The notes below the pieces were generated by a model, which made no database searches, was not told the DNA's origin, and saw only the letters and a program-made list of their open reading frames with translations. Position numbers and translations under genes: made by a program. A DNA stretch of 64,000 bases. It comes from Candidatus Latescibacterota bacterium. Lineage in GTDB: Bacteria; Latescibacterota; UBA2968. Below, piece after piece: positions 39,536 through 47,537 of this stretch; the stretch's first letter is position 1, and each line of letters begins with the position of its first letter. The DNA lies in contig OZ244960.1 of the NCBI GenBank assembly GCA_965222605.1, forward strand, positions 6,240,001 to 6,304,000. Direction: 5' to 3'.

Positions 39536-39862
39536 CTATAGCTTGATACAATCTAACCTCAGCCGAAACCCCAGAGCGGAAATAATAGCCATCAGATTGT
39601 CGAGTTTCGGTTTGCTGCAACTTGAAAGCACACGATAGAGATGTTCGCGGTTCAGTCCGGCGCGTTTTGCCAATGCACCGACCCCACCTTGTGCCTTGGC
39701 GACGTCCCGCAAGGCCAATAACAGCCCATCAGTCTCACCACTTGCTTCACACTCATCCAGTGAGACTTCCAGATAAACCCGAGCTTCTTCGGGGTCTTTG
39801 AGAGATTTTATCAGTCCTTCTTCGTAACTGACCGTGTGTTTCAAAACCTGTTTTTTAGTCAT
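39536..39862 (-). CDS. addiction module antidote protein (HTH)
   Basis: LKDPEEARVYL, LLLALRDVAKAQGGVGALAKRAGLNREHLYRVLS. Confidence 0.9.
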   Translation of the reverse strand: MTKKQVLKHTVSYEEGLIKSLKDPEEARVYLEVSLDECEASGETDGLLLALRDVAKAQGGVGALAKRAGLNREHLYRVLSSCSKPKLDNLMAIISALGFRLRLDCIKL

Positions 39863-39911
39863 GGCTGCGGCTCCTCAAGTCCTGCCAATATGCTTTGGCG
39901 CGTTCAATTTC
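39855..39911 (-). pseudogene. 3' remnant of a RelE/ParE-like addiction module killer gene
   Basis: EIERAKAYWQDLRSRSHD* overlapping the antidote start; rest of the gene absent. Confidence 0.65.
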
Positions 39912-40137
39912 AAAATGTAGCGTACACGCGACAAAAAGTAAACAATAAGACGATACTGCTTCAGAATCTACCCCCACAAGATCAATTGATGATTTTGTGG
40001 GGTTTTTCATATCATCAATTTGTAGGTGCATGATTCGATCAGAGATGCGACCAATAGTACATATTTTGGCATACTATATGTTGATAAATACGACATCACA
40101 TCGTATGTTTATTTTTACACACAAAAGGAGAACCATC

Positions 40138-40389
40138 ATGGCAAAAAACAAGCGTGTTGTTTTTAAGTTTGATGCGCCCAGCTTAAGAGCTTTGGAAGTT
40201 ATGACCAAAGAAGGTTGCTATAACTCGATGGGCGATACGATTTGTGAATCCTTAAAAATTAGTCGCGCGCTCCAAACTCAGGCGAGACAAGGCTTTTCTG
40301 AAATTACATTACTTAACCCTGACACAGGTGAAAAACGCGTTGTTGTCATCCCTCACTTGCAATCATTGGCACAAGAAATAGCCTCTTAA
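40138..40389 (+). CDS. small hypothetical protein (RHH-like N-terminus)
   Basis: RBS AAAGGAG; MAKNKRVVFKFD...LNPDTGEKRVVVIP. Confidence 0.65.
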   Translation: MAKNKRVVFKFDAPSLRALEVMTKEGCYNSMGDTICESLKISRALQTQARQGFSEITLLNPDTGEKRVVVIPHLQSLAQEIAS

Positions 40390-40451
40390 TTTTATTATCA
40401 TCGAGCATCTTTATATCGCGACAATTATCATTTGATAAGAGAGACGAGAAT

Positions 40452-40472
40452 ATGAACAAGTCTTACGTTAAG
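40452..40472 (+). repeat. orphan copy of the DUF433 gene start (matches 27613-27633)
   Basis: ATGAACAAGTCTTACGTTAAG vs ATGAACAAATCTTACGTTGAG (19/21). Confidence 0.55.
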
Positions 40473-40581
40473 CGGTACCGAGATGACACAGACCAGACAA
40501 GACCCCCCCAACAAAAGACTAACCTATCAGAAATTCCCCCTATTGCACAACGCCATGTTGTTGACTTTACCGAGGTGACCT

Positions 40582-41799
40582 ATGGCTGAACCCATTCTAC
40601 GCCAGTTGATATTGCATCGTTTCCGTAGCCTTCGGTTGGAACAAGTAGAATTCGACAACCCGACCTTTCTCGTCGGTCAAAATGGCTCTGGCAAGAGTAA
40701 CTTCGCCGATGCCTTCGCATTCCTCGCAGAGGCAATGGCCTCCCCACTGCAAGCAGTTCTCGATCATCGTGGGGGATTTGCCGCAGTTGCCCATCGAAGC
40801 TCTGCAAGGGGCCGTCCATCAAACTTGGGCTTGTCAGTGGTGTTGGAGAATCTGGATGGCGATACACCCCAGGCGCGATATGCATTCGAGTTACGCGCCC
40901 GGAGAAGCTACGGCTTTGAGGTTGTGCGCGAGCAATGCATCGTGCAGAAGTCAGATGGATCGAGTACCTGGTTTGATCGCGCCATGTCCCCCAAAGGTTC
41001 TTTCATAGGTTGGAAAAGCCGCAGGTATTCTCCTAAACCGCTCATGGAACCGAGCGCCCTTGCCCTACCTCTGATCGGAGGCGACGTGCGCTTTCAGGCG
41101 ATTTCGCGATTCCTGTCGGAAATGCGCGTGTATCGGATTGACCCGGCTGCTCTGCGAACAATGCGAGATGCGGATGGGGGTGTGCGCTTACATTCTGATG
41201 GCAGCAATGCAGCCAGCGTGCTACGCGAGATCCAACGCGAATCTCCGTATGCCTGGAGGCAGATTCTTGAAATTCTCGAAAGTATTGTCCCCGGTACCAT
41301 CGGCGTCCAGCCCAAAAAGCAAGGTAACAAGCTCACCCTGGAGTTCACCCAGGATTGGGCACAGACGAAGCCCGTGAAGTTCGAGGCCCTCAACATTTCC
41401 GACGGCACGTTGCGAGCACTGGGACTGCTCGCAGCGGTTTTTCAGCGTCCAGCACCCTCGTTGCTCGTCATTGAAGAACCGGAAGCCACAATCCATCCAG
41501 GAGCTCTTGGCTCTATTCTGGATATACTACGACATGCTGGGCGTTTTATGCAGGTCGTAGTGACGACACATAGTCCGGATGTTCTCGATGCCAAATGGAT
41601 TGAAGATCGCCACTTGAGGATTGTGAACTGTGATAAAGGAGCGACGCGGATTAGCCGAGTCTCGCCAGCGACACGGGAGGCCCTGAGCGAGCACCTGATG
41701 GGCGCAGGCGAGTTGCTCCGCTCGAACGCTCTGACGCCCGCCGATTTGTTCGACCATAATCCACGCCAACTCAGGTTGTTCGAGGATGACCTCTCATGA
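40582..41799 (+). CDS. AAA_21 family ABC-like ATPase
   Basis: GQNGSGKS, ISDGTLR, VIEEPEATIHP, VTTHSP. Confidence 0.9.
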   Translation: MAEPILRQLILHRFRSLRLEQVEFDNPTFLVGQNGSGKSNFADAFAFLAEAMASPLQAVLDHRGGFAAVAHRSSARGRPSNLGLSVVLENLDGDTPQARYAFELRARRSYGFEVVREQCIVQKSDGSSTWFDRAMSPKGSFIGWKSRRYSPKPLMEPSALALPLIGGDVRFQAISRFLSEMRVYRIDPAALRTMRDADGGVRLHSDGSNAASVLREIQRESPYAWRQILEILESIVPGTIGVQPKKQGNKLTLEFTQDWAQTKPVKFEALNISDGTLRALGLLAAVFQRPAPSLLVIEEPEATIHPGALGSILDILRHAGRFMQVVVTTHSPDVLDAKWIEDRHLRIVNCDKGATRISRVSPATREALSEHLMGAGELLRSNALTPADLFDHNPRQLRLFEDDLS

Positions 41800-41930
41800 T
41801 AATCCAGCCAATCGTGGAAGGCTACGGAGAGGTGAAGGCGTTCCCTGTACTGTTGCGCCGTCTCGTTGAGGAGGCGCAAGCCTGGACCGTCAACATCGGG
41901 CGATCAATCCGAAGATCGCGCTCTCAGTAG
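41796..41930 (+). pseudogene. N-terminal remnant of a DUF4276-type TOPRIM-like partner
   Basis: ATGA overlap; MIIQPIVEGYGEVKAFPVLLRRL...RSRSQ*. Confidence 0.7.
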
Positions 41931-41939
41931 GAAAACAGC

Positions 41940-42480
41940 ATGCATATTTATATCGTATTTGCTCATCCGAGTAGGCGATCTTTTACGGGTGATGTGCTGG
42001 CGGAATTTTGTCGTGGATTGCGGGACGGGGACACTCTTACGAGATAGGTGATTTGTACGAAATGGATTTCAGGACTGATCTGATGTACAGGCTGAACACG
42101 CCAAGATCGAGAAGGCTGATGGCCTGGTATTCGTATTTCCAGTTTGGTGGTGTGATGGTCCAGCAAAATTAAAGGGATGGTTTGATCGGGTCTGTGTCTG
42201 TGGATATACGTATGTGTATGAGAACGAGGAATACCCGATGTCTCGACTCGCGATTGATAAGGCGTTGGTCTTGTGTACTGCGGGTCACACACTCGAGCAT
42301 CTCGAAGAAACCGGTATTTTAGAGAGTATGCGGTGTATCTATCTCAGTGATCGCCTTCGTCCTGGAATAGGCGTGGCACGGGCGGATATGGTTGTATTGG
42401 GAGATACGGCAGAAGGCGGAGAGGGCGTAAGGCAGAAGAATTTCGCACAGGCTTATCAATTGGGGAAAGAGTTTTGTTGA
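41940..42480 (+). pseudogene. frameshifted NAD(P)H-dependent flavodoxin-like oxidoreductase
   Basis: MHIYIVFAHPSRRSFT / HSYEIGDLYEMDF / ADGLVFVFPVWW..PAKLKGWFDRV split across frameshifts. Confidence 0.8.
42378..42480 (+). repeat. 103-bp direct repeat, copy 1
   Basis: About 85% identical (15 mismatches counted by eye) to 43707-43809. Confidence 0.9.
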
Positions 42481-42586
42481 CGTAATCTCAAACTGTTGTG
42501 GTTTGATCATGGTGTAGATTTTTTTATATTTTAAAAATCAAAGGTAAATTGAAGGCAGGCACACATCCAAAATAGGAGATGGGACG

Positions 42587-43705
42587 ATGGGCCTCAAGAT
42601 TCAAAACCTTACACTAAAACATTTTCGCGCATTCCGAGAATTGCGTATTAATGGCTTGGGCCGCGTGAACCTCATCACTGGAAAAAACAACACCGGAAAG
42701 TCGTCGGTGCTCGAGGCATTACATATTTTCGCTCATGGCGCAGCACTTGACGTAATTAGCCACGTACTTGAACGGCGCGAAGGAAACATTAGAGTAGAAG
42801 GGGAAGGGCGTACTGCTGATAGGGAGCGCCTAATTCAAATTTCCACTCTGTTCTATGGGTTCCCCGAACCTTCAGATTTCACAGAGCCGATCGTCATTTC
42901 CACCAAAGACAATTCATGCCCTATGCGGTTGACGATGCAGGTAGGCTGGTTTTCGGAGGAACGTGGCACCGACGGCAACTTGCGGTTGGTTCCTTTGCAA
43001 GCAGACTCCTTTGACGAGCCAGATGACGTCGCAGCATTGGTAGTTGAGACACAAAATAAAAAAAAGCGAATCCTTGCACTGGAAAGGCTTGAGCGATACT
43101 CTTACCTGAGCAGAATTTCCGCACCTGGTTCTGAAACCCAAATACCCTGCATCTTTGTCAGCCCTTATGATGAACGGACAGCGATATTGGCTCCCTTATG
43201 GGACAGGATTTCGCTAACAAAATTCGAGAATCATGTCGTTGAGGCTTTGCAAATCATCGAACCACGGATATCTGCTGTCAATATGATATATGATGAAAAC
43301 AGTAACATAGGACGCAAGGCGATTGTCCGGATTGAGAATATTGATCGACCTGTACCGCTACGGTTGTTGGGCGACGGCGTGAATCGCCTTCTCGACATAG
43401 CCCTCTCGCTCATCAACGCTCGCGGGGGGCTCTTGTTAATAGATGAATTTGAAAACGGCTTGCATCACACAGTCCAGTTCGATGCCTGGAAGACTATATT
43501 CCTCTTGGCCAGGGAACTCGACATACAGGTCTTCGCCACTTCGCACAGTTGGGACGCGGTGGAGGCATTTCAGCAGGCTTCGGCAGAAATACCTGAAGAA
43601 GGAGCTCTCGTGCGTCTGACCCGAAGAGGTGAAGAGATCATTCCCACTGTATTCTCAGAAGATGAACTGGCTATTGTGACTCGTAACAGAGTCGAGGTAC
43701 GCTGA
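42587..43705 (+). CDS. AAA_21/AbiEii-type ABC-like ATPase (paralog of 7172..8278)
   Basis: GKNNTGKS, LLGDG, LLIDEFENGLH, ATSHS, C-terminal VEVR. Confidence 0.88.
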   Translation: MGLKIQNLTLKHFRAFRELRINGLGRVNLITGKNNTGKSSVLEALHIFAHGAALDVISHVLERREGNIRVEGEGRTADRERLIQISTLFYGFPEPSDFTEPIVISTKDNSCPMRLTMQVGWFSEERGTDGNLRLVPLQADSFDEPDDVAALVVETQNKKKRILALERLERYSYLSRISAPGSETQIPCIFVSPYDERTAILAPLWDRISLTKFENHVVEALQIIEPRISAVNMIYDENSNIGRKAIVRIENIDRPVPLRLLGDGVNRLLDIALSLINARGGLLLIDEFENGLHHTVQFDAWKTIFLLARELDIQVFATSHSWDAVEAFQQASAEIPEEGALVRLTRRGEEIIPTVFSEDELAIVTRNRVEVR

Positions 43706-43706
43706 T

Positions 43707-43809
43707 ACGGACGGATATGGCTGTGTTGGGAGACATGGCAGAAGGCGGAGAAAGTGTGAGGCAGAAGAATCTCACACAGGCTTATCAGTTGGGTAAGGAG
43801 TTTTGCTGA
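43707..43809 (+). repeat. 103-bp direct repeat, copy 2 (3' end of the flavodoxin-like gene)
   Basis: Begins 1 nt after the ATPase stop; encodes RTDMAVLGDMAEGGESVRQKNLTQAYQLGKEFC*. Confidence 0.9.
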
Positions 43810-43824
43810 AAGTATTCCATATAT

Positions 43825-43882
43825 GTGTTTGTCCACCAGTTAGTTAGCCCCACAACTTCAATTAATTTTGTGGGTTTTTTTA
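43825..43882 (+). repeat. island-internal repeat copy B with terminator-like hairpin
   Basis: GTGTTTGTCCACCAGTTAGTTAG-CCCCACAA-cttcaattaatt-TTGTGGG-TTTTTTT. Confidence 0.65.
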
Positions 43883-43965
43883 TTTTTGCTAAACTATTTT
43901 ATTTGAAAAACATTTGATGTGTTTGACTGAGCGTCGTATTATTGGGAAAATAAAGGAGGTGACCC

Positions 43966-44118
43966 GTGCCAAATATAGAGACAATCAAGTCGGCAAATAA
44001 AAAAGATTGGGACAAATGGGATAAACAGATTGAGGAGGACTCAAAATCGGGAAAATTGGATTTTTTAATTGCTGATGCTATGAAAGAGAAAGAGAAGGGA
44101 ACGCTTGTCGAATCCTGA
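43966..44118 (+). CDS. small antitoxin-like protein, apparently internally deleted
   Basis: RBS AAAGGAGGT; MPNIETIKSANKKDWDKWDKQIEEDSKSGKLDFLIADA...; no toxin follows. Confidence 0.55.
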   Translation: MPNIETIKSANKKDWDKWDKQIEEDSKSGKLDFLIADAMKEKEKGTLVES

Positions 44119-44135
44119 CCTTTGAAAGGTATAAC

Positions 44136-45551
44136 ATGCGCAGAGCAAAAATTGTGAGTACACTTGGTCCTGCGAGTTCTTCAGATCGCGTGATAGAGCA
44201 ACTGATTGGGGCGGGGGTAGATGTTTTTCGGCTCAATTTTTCACACGGGACGCGGGACGAACACGCAGAAAATGTTGGGCGCATTCGGCAGATTGCGGAT
44301 AACATGCAGCGCAGTGTCGCCATTTTGCAGGATTTGCAAGGGCCAAAAATGCGGGTGGGGAAACTCGCACAGGACCCGATTGAATTGAGAGAAGGCAACA
44401 AGCTGACAGTGACGACCCGCGAAGTTCCGGGCGATGCCGAGTGTGTATCGACAACTTATGCGGGATTGCCCCGAGATGTGAGGCCAGCGGATCGCATTTT
44501 GCTCGATGACGGGCATATTGAGTTGATGGTGCGCGAGGTCTATCGCTCAGATGTCGTGTGTGAAATCGTGGTGGGCGGGCTGTTAAAATCCAATAAGGGT
44601 ATCAATTTGCCCGGGGTGCGGGTCAGCGCGCCTTCTCTGACGACAAAAGATCGAGAGGACCTGGATCTGGGCATCGAATTGGGTGTGGATTATATAGCTT
44701 TGTCTTTTGTGCGGGAACCCGACGATGTGCGAGAGGTTCAACATATTATTGAACGGACAGAGAAGGAGATCCCCGTTATTGCAAAGCTGGAACGCGCCGA
44801 AGCCGTTGATCATCTCGAAGATATTCTCGATGTTGCCGATGGTGTGATGGTTGCGCGAGGAGACCTGGGCGTAGAATTATCACCCGAAGACGTGCCAGTG
44901 ATCCAGAAGCGCGTGATTTCGGCGGCTAACCGCGCGGGGGTATTCGTGATTACGGCTACGCAGATGCTGGAGTCAATGACCGATCATCCTCGGCCCACGC
45001 GCGCCGAGGCGTCAGATGTCGCCAATGCGATTTTCGACGGTACAGATGCGGTGATGCTGTCCGGCGAGACTGCGATTGGCAAATATCCCGTTCAAACCGT
45101 GCAGATGATGGCGCGGATTATTGAGAAGGCCGAAGCGAGTGTGGAACTGGCTCCGCCAATTTTGAATCTGGATTCATCGCTCTCTTTCCCGGATGCGATT
45201 GGACAAGCCGCCGCTGCGGTATCGACGGCGGTATCTCCCAAAGCCATTGTCGCATTTACCCAATCGGGATCTACTGCGCGTCTAATTTCAAAACGCAGAC
45301 CGCGCACGCCGATTATTGCGTTTACGCCCAGCGCGCGGATATGTCGTCGGTTGTGCTTGTGCTGGGGCGTTGAACCCCGTCAAATTACGCTGATCGACGA
45401 CACGGATCGCATGGTTGCCGAAGTTGAAGCGCGTTTGCTCTCTGAGGGCAATGTGCGTTTTGGAGATACGCTGGTAATTCTGGCCGGTGCGCCCATCACG
45501 GCGCGTGCCGAGACCAATTTGCTGAAATTGCATCGGATTGGAGAAACTTAG
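44136..45551 (+). CDS. pyk: pyruvate kinase
   Basis: KIVSTLGPAS, RLNFSHG, DLQGPK, MVARGDLGVE, ATQMLESM, PTRAEASDVANA. Confidence 0.98.
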   Translation: MRRAKIVSTLGPASSSDRVIEQLIGAGVDVFRLNFSHGTRDEHAENVGRIRQIADNMQRSVAILQDLQGPKMRVGKLAQDPIELREGNKLTVTTREVPGDAECVSTTYAGLPRDVRPADRILLDDGHIELMVREVYRSDVVCEIVVGGLLKSNKGINLPGVRVSAPSLTTKDREDLDLGIELGVDYIALSFVREPDDVREVQHIIERTEKEIPVIAKLERAEAVDHLEDILDVADGVMVARGDLGVELSPEDVPVIQKRVISAANRAGVFVITATQMLESMTDHPRPTRAEASDVANAIFDGTDAVMLSGETAIGKYPVQTVQMMARIIEKAEASVELAPPILNLDSSLSFPDAIGQAAAAVSTAVSPKAIVAFTQSGSTARLISKRRPRTPIIAFTPSARICRRLCLCWGVEPRQITLIDDTDRMVAEVEARLLSEGNVRFGDTLVILAGAPITARAETNLLKLHRIGET

Positions 45552-45624
45552 ATCTCATGGATGAAAAACAGGTAGAAAATGCCGCGATCTCATGGCCCCT
45601 ATCTCCTCCAACTCCTGATTTCTT

Positions 45625-47418
45625 ATGAATCATTGTGACAGAATGGATTACATCGATCTCTTAAAGGTCCTCTTCGTCAGATTGAGGACCTGTTTTATAC
45701 TGGTCGCTCTGATGGCTGTTGCGCCGGCCTATGGGCAAAATTCATCCGATGACCCCATTGTGAGAAGGCTCCACATTTCGGGCGATCGGGTGATCTGGGG
45801 AAGTGAATTGAAAGCTTTGATGATTACGCGCGCTTCGCCGTGGTACGATTTTTTGCCTTGGATCCACGCACGCAGATACGATCCTTTGATCTTTGCATCT
45901 GATCTGGAAAGATTGCGGGCGTATTATCGCGGTCGCGGCTATTTGGCAGTCGCGGTGCATTCGACTGTTGAACACCTTGACACTGATGAAATAGGGCTGG
46001 AAATACGCATCACAGAAGGGCCTTTGACGCGGATTTCCAGGGCGTCGGTAATCGGCGGTGAAGACATGGAGAACGCTTTTGAACAGCTCGAGGGCAAGCC
46101 GCTATCGAGCGATCTCGTAAACAAGGGTGTATCGCAGGTGGTAAGCGGGTTGCGGAACAAGGGCTATGCATTTGTGCGTGCTGAGGTTGAAACGACCACC
46201 GTGGCACAAGAAGTCGCACTCGTTCTAAAACTTGCACCTGGCCCTGTATGCAGCGTGGGCGTTGTGCAAATATCGGGGTACAAAGCCATGGCGGAAAATA
46301 CCATCTTGCGCGGTCTCACATTTAAGCCGGGCGATCAATTTAGCGAAGAGGCATTGCAAAACAGCCAGTACCTGCTCTACCGTGCGGGAGTGTTTCGGTC
46401 TGTGGCTTTGGGATTGGCAGATAGCGTGGCGCACGGCAATCGGGTGGATGTAGCTTTGCGCGTGTCCGAACGCCCCTTTCGCACGTTGCGCGTGGGCGCG
46501 GGGTACGACACGGATGAAGACTTGTGGGCCTCGGGCGCGTGGACGCATCGCAATTTTGGAGGGGATTTCCGTCAGTTCAAGCTGTCTGGGCGCGTTTCCG
46601 GAAAGAACAGGGAAGCGGTTATCGGCCTGCGGCAGGCGCATTTTAAGAGCAGTCGCAATTGGTTGAATATCGGTGGGTTTGTGCAGCGCGAACGGCAGGC
46701 GGCATTTGTGCAAGAAGAGGTGGGGGGCAATATATCTCTCGAGAGAAATCTTACGAGGGCTACAGATGTGATCGTGCAGTTCAGCAGTGGCGTGGTGGAT
46801 TTTTCAGCCGATAGCGCGTTTGCCGAGACGAAGGTCGGGTTGCTCATGGACACGCGCGACGATATTTTTGACCCGCAATCGGGTATGCTCGCGCAGTTCA
46901 CTGTGCGCGAACGCGGGCGTTTTTTCAGGTCCGATGACGAATTTTTGCAGGCAACGGCAGAGGGGCGATGGTTCCGCCGCATACTATGGCGAAGTGTGCT
47001 GGCACTGCGCGTGCAGGGCGGCGTGATTTTTGAACTGGGCAAGGCGGGTGGCGTGCCCAATGTCGAGCGGTTTTTTGCAGGCGGACTCAATAGTGTGCGG
47101 GGATGGGGATTAAATGAATTGGGGCCAAAAGACCAGCAGGGCGAGCCAACAGGTGGTTTGAGCCGTGTGGAGATGAGCATGGAGATTAGAACGCAGATGT
47201 TTTTTTTTCTGGGCACAGCTATTTTTGTAGATGCGGGCAATGTCGATGTGGCACTGGGCGCGTTTAACCCTGGATCGTTGAAGTACTCTGTGGGAGCGGG
47301 ACTTCGATATTTGAGTCCGGTTGGTCCCGTAAGATTTGATGTGGGCTACCGTCTGTCAGATGATAGGATGGAGAAGAAACGCATTCAGTATCACATTAGT
47401 TTGGGGCAGGCATTTTGA
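45625..47418 (+). CDS. tamA: TamA/BamA-family outer-membrane protein (POTRA plus barrel)
   Basis: RFFAGGLNSVRGW, GLRYLSPVGPVRFD, C-terminal HISLGQAF. Confidence 0.85.
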   Translation: MNHCDRMDYIDLLKVLFVRLRTCFILVALMAVAPAYGQNSSDDPIVRRLHISGDRVIWGSELKALMITRASPWYDFLPWIHARRYDPLIFASDLERLRAYYRGRGYLAVAVHSTVEHLDTDEIGLEIRITEGPLTRISRASVIGGEDMENAFEQLEGKPLSSDLVNKGVSQVVSGLRNKGYAFVRAEVETTTVAQEVALVLKLAPGPVCSVGVVQISGYKAMAENTILRGLTFKPGDQFSEEALQNSQYLLYRAGVFRSVALGLADSVAHGNRVDVALRVSERPFRTLRVGAGYDTDEDLWASGAWTHRNFGGDFRQFKLSGRVSGKNREAVIGLRQAHFKSSRNWLNIGGFVQRERQAAFVQEEVGGNISLERNLTRATDVIVQFSSGVVDFSADSAFAETKVGLLMDTRDDIFDPQSGMLAQFTVRERGRFFRSDDEFLQATAEGRWFRRILWRSVLALRVQGGVIFELGKAGGVPNVERFFAGGLNSVRGWGLNELGPKDQQGEPTGGLSRVEMSMEIRTQMFFFLGTAIFVDAGNVDVALGAFNPGSLKYSVGAGLRYLSPVGPVRFDVGYRLSDDRMEKKRIQYHISLGQAF

Positions 47419-47465
47419 AAAGTCAAAAGAAGACAGCGAGTAATTTGAGCTGTCTCACGGCACAG

Positions 47466-47528
47466 ACACAGATGAACGCAGATAAAGGGTGCAACCGTAG
47501 GGGCGTGCCCTGTGCCCGCCCTTGAGAG
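47466..47528 (+). repeat. REP-like composite element (ACAGATGAAC repeats plus GTAG-GGGC hairpin), copy 1
   Basis: ACACAGATGAACGCAGATAAAGG..CGTAGGGGCGTGCCCTGTGCCCGCCC. Confidence 0.7.
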
Positions 47529-47537
47529 CGATTTGAC

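Larger units (their letters stand above)
27306..44120. other. accessory/defence island between metH and pyk
   Basis: Defence-type ORFs, TA and AAA remnants, internal repeats, visibly different composition; no integrase within it. Confidence 0.75.

Noticed and set aside
27306-44120. Integron cassette array or prophage
   Set aside because: No intI/integrase or phage structural genes, and I could not find a recurring attC (RYYYAAC...GTTRRRY) between genes.
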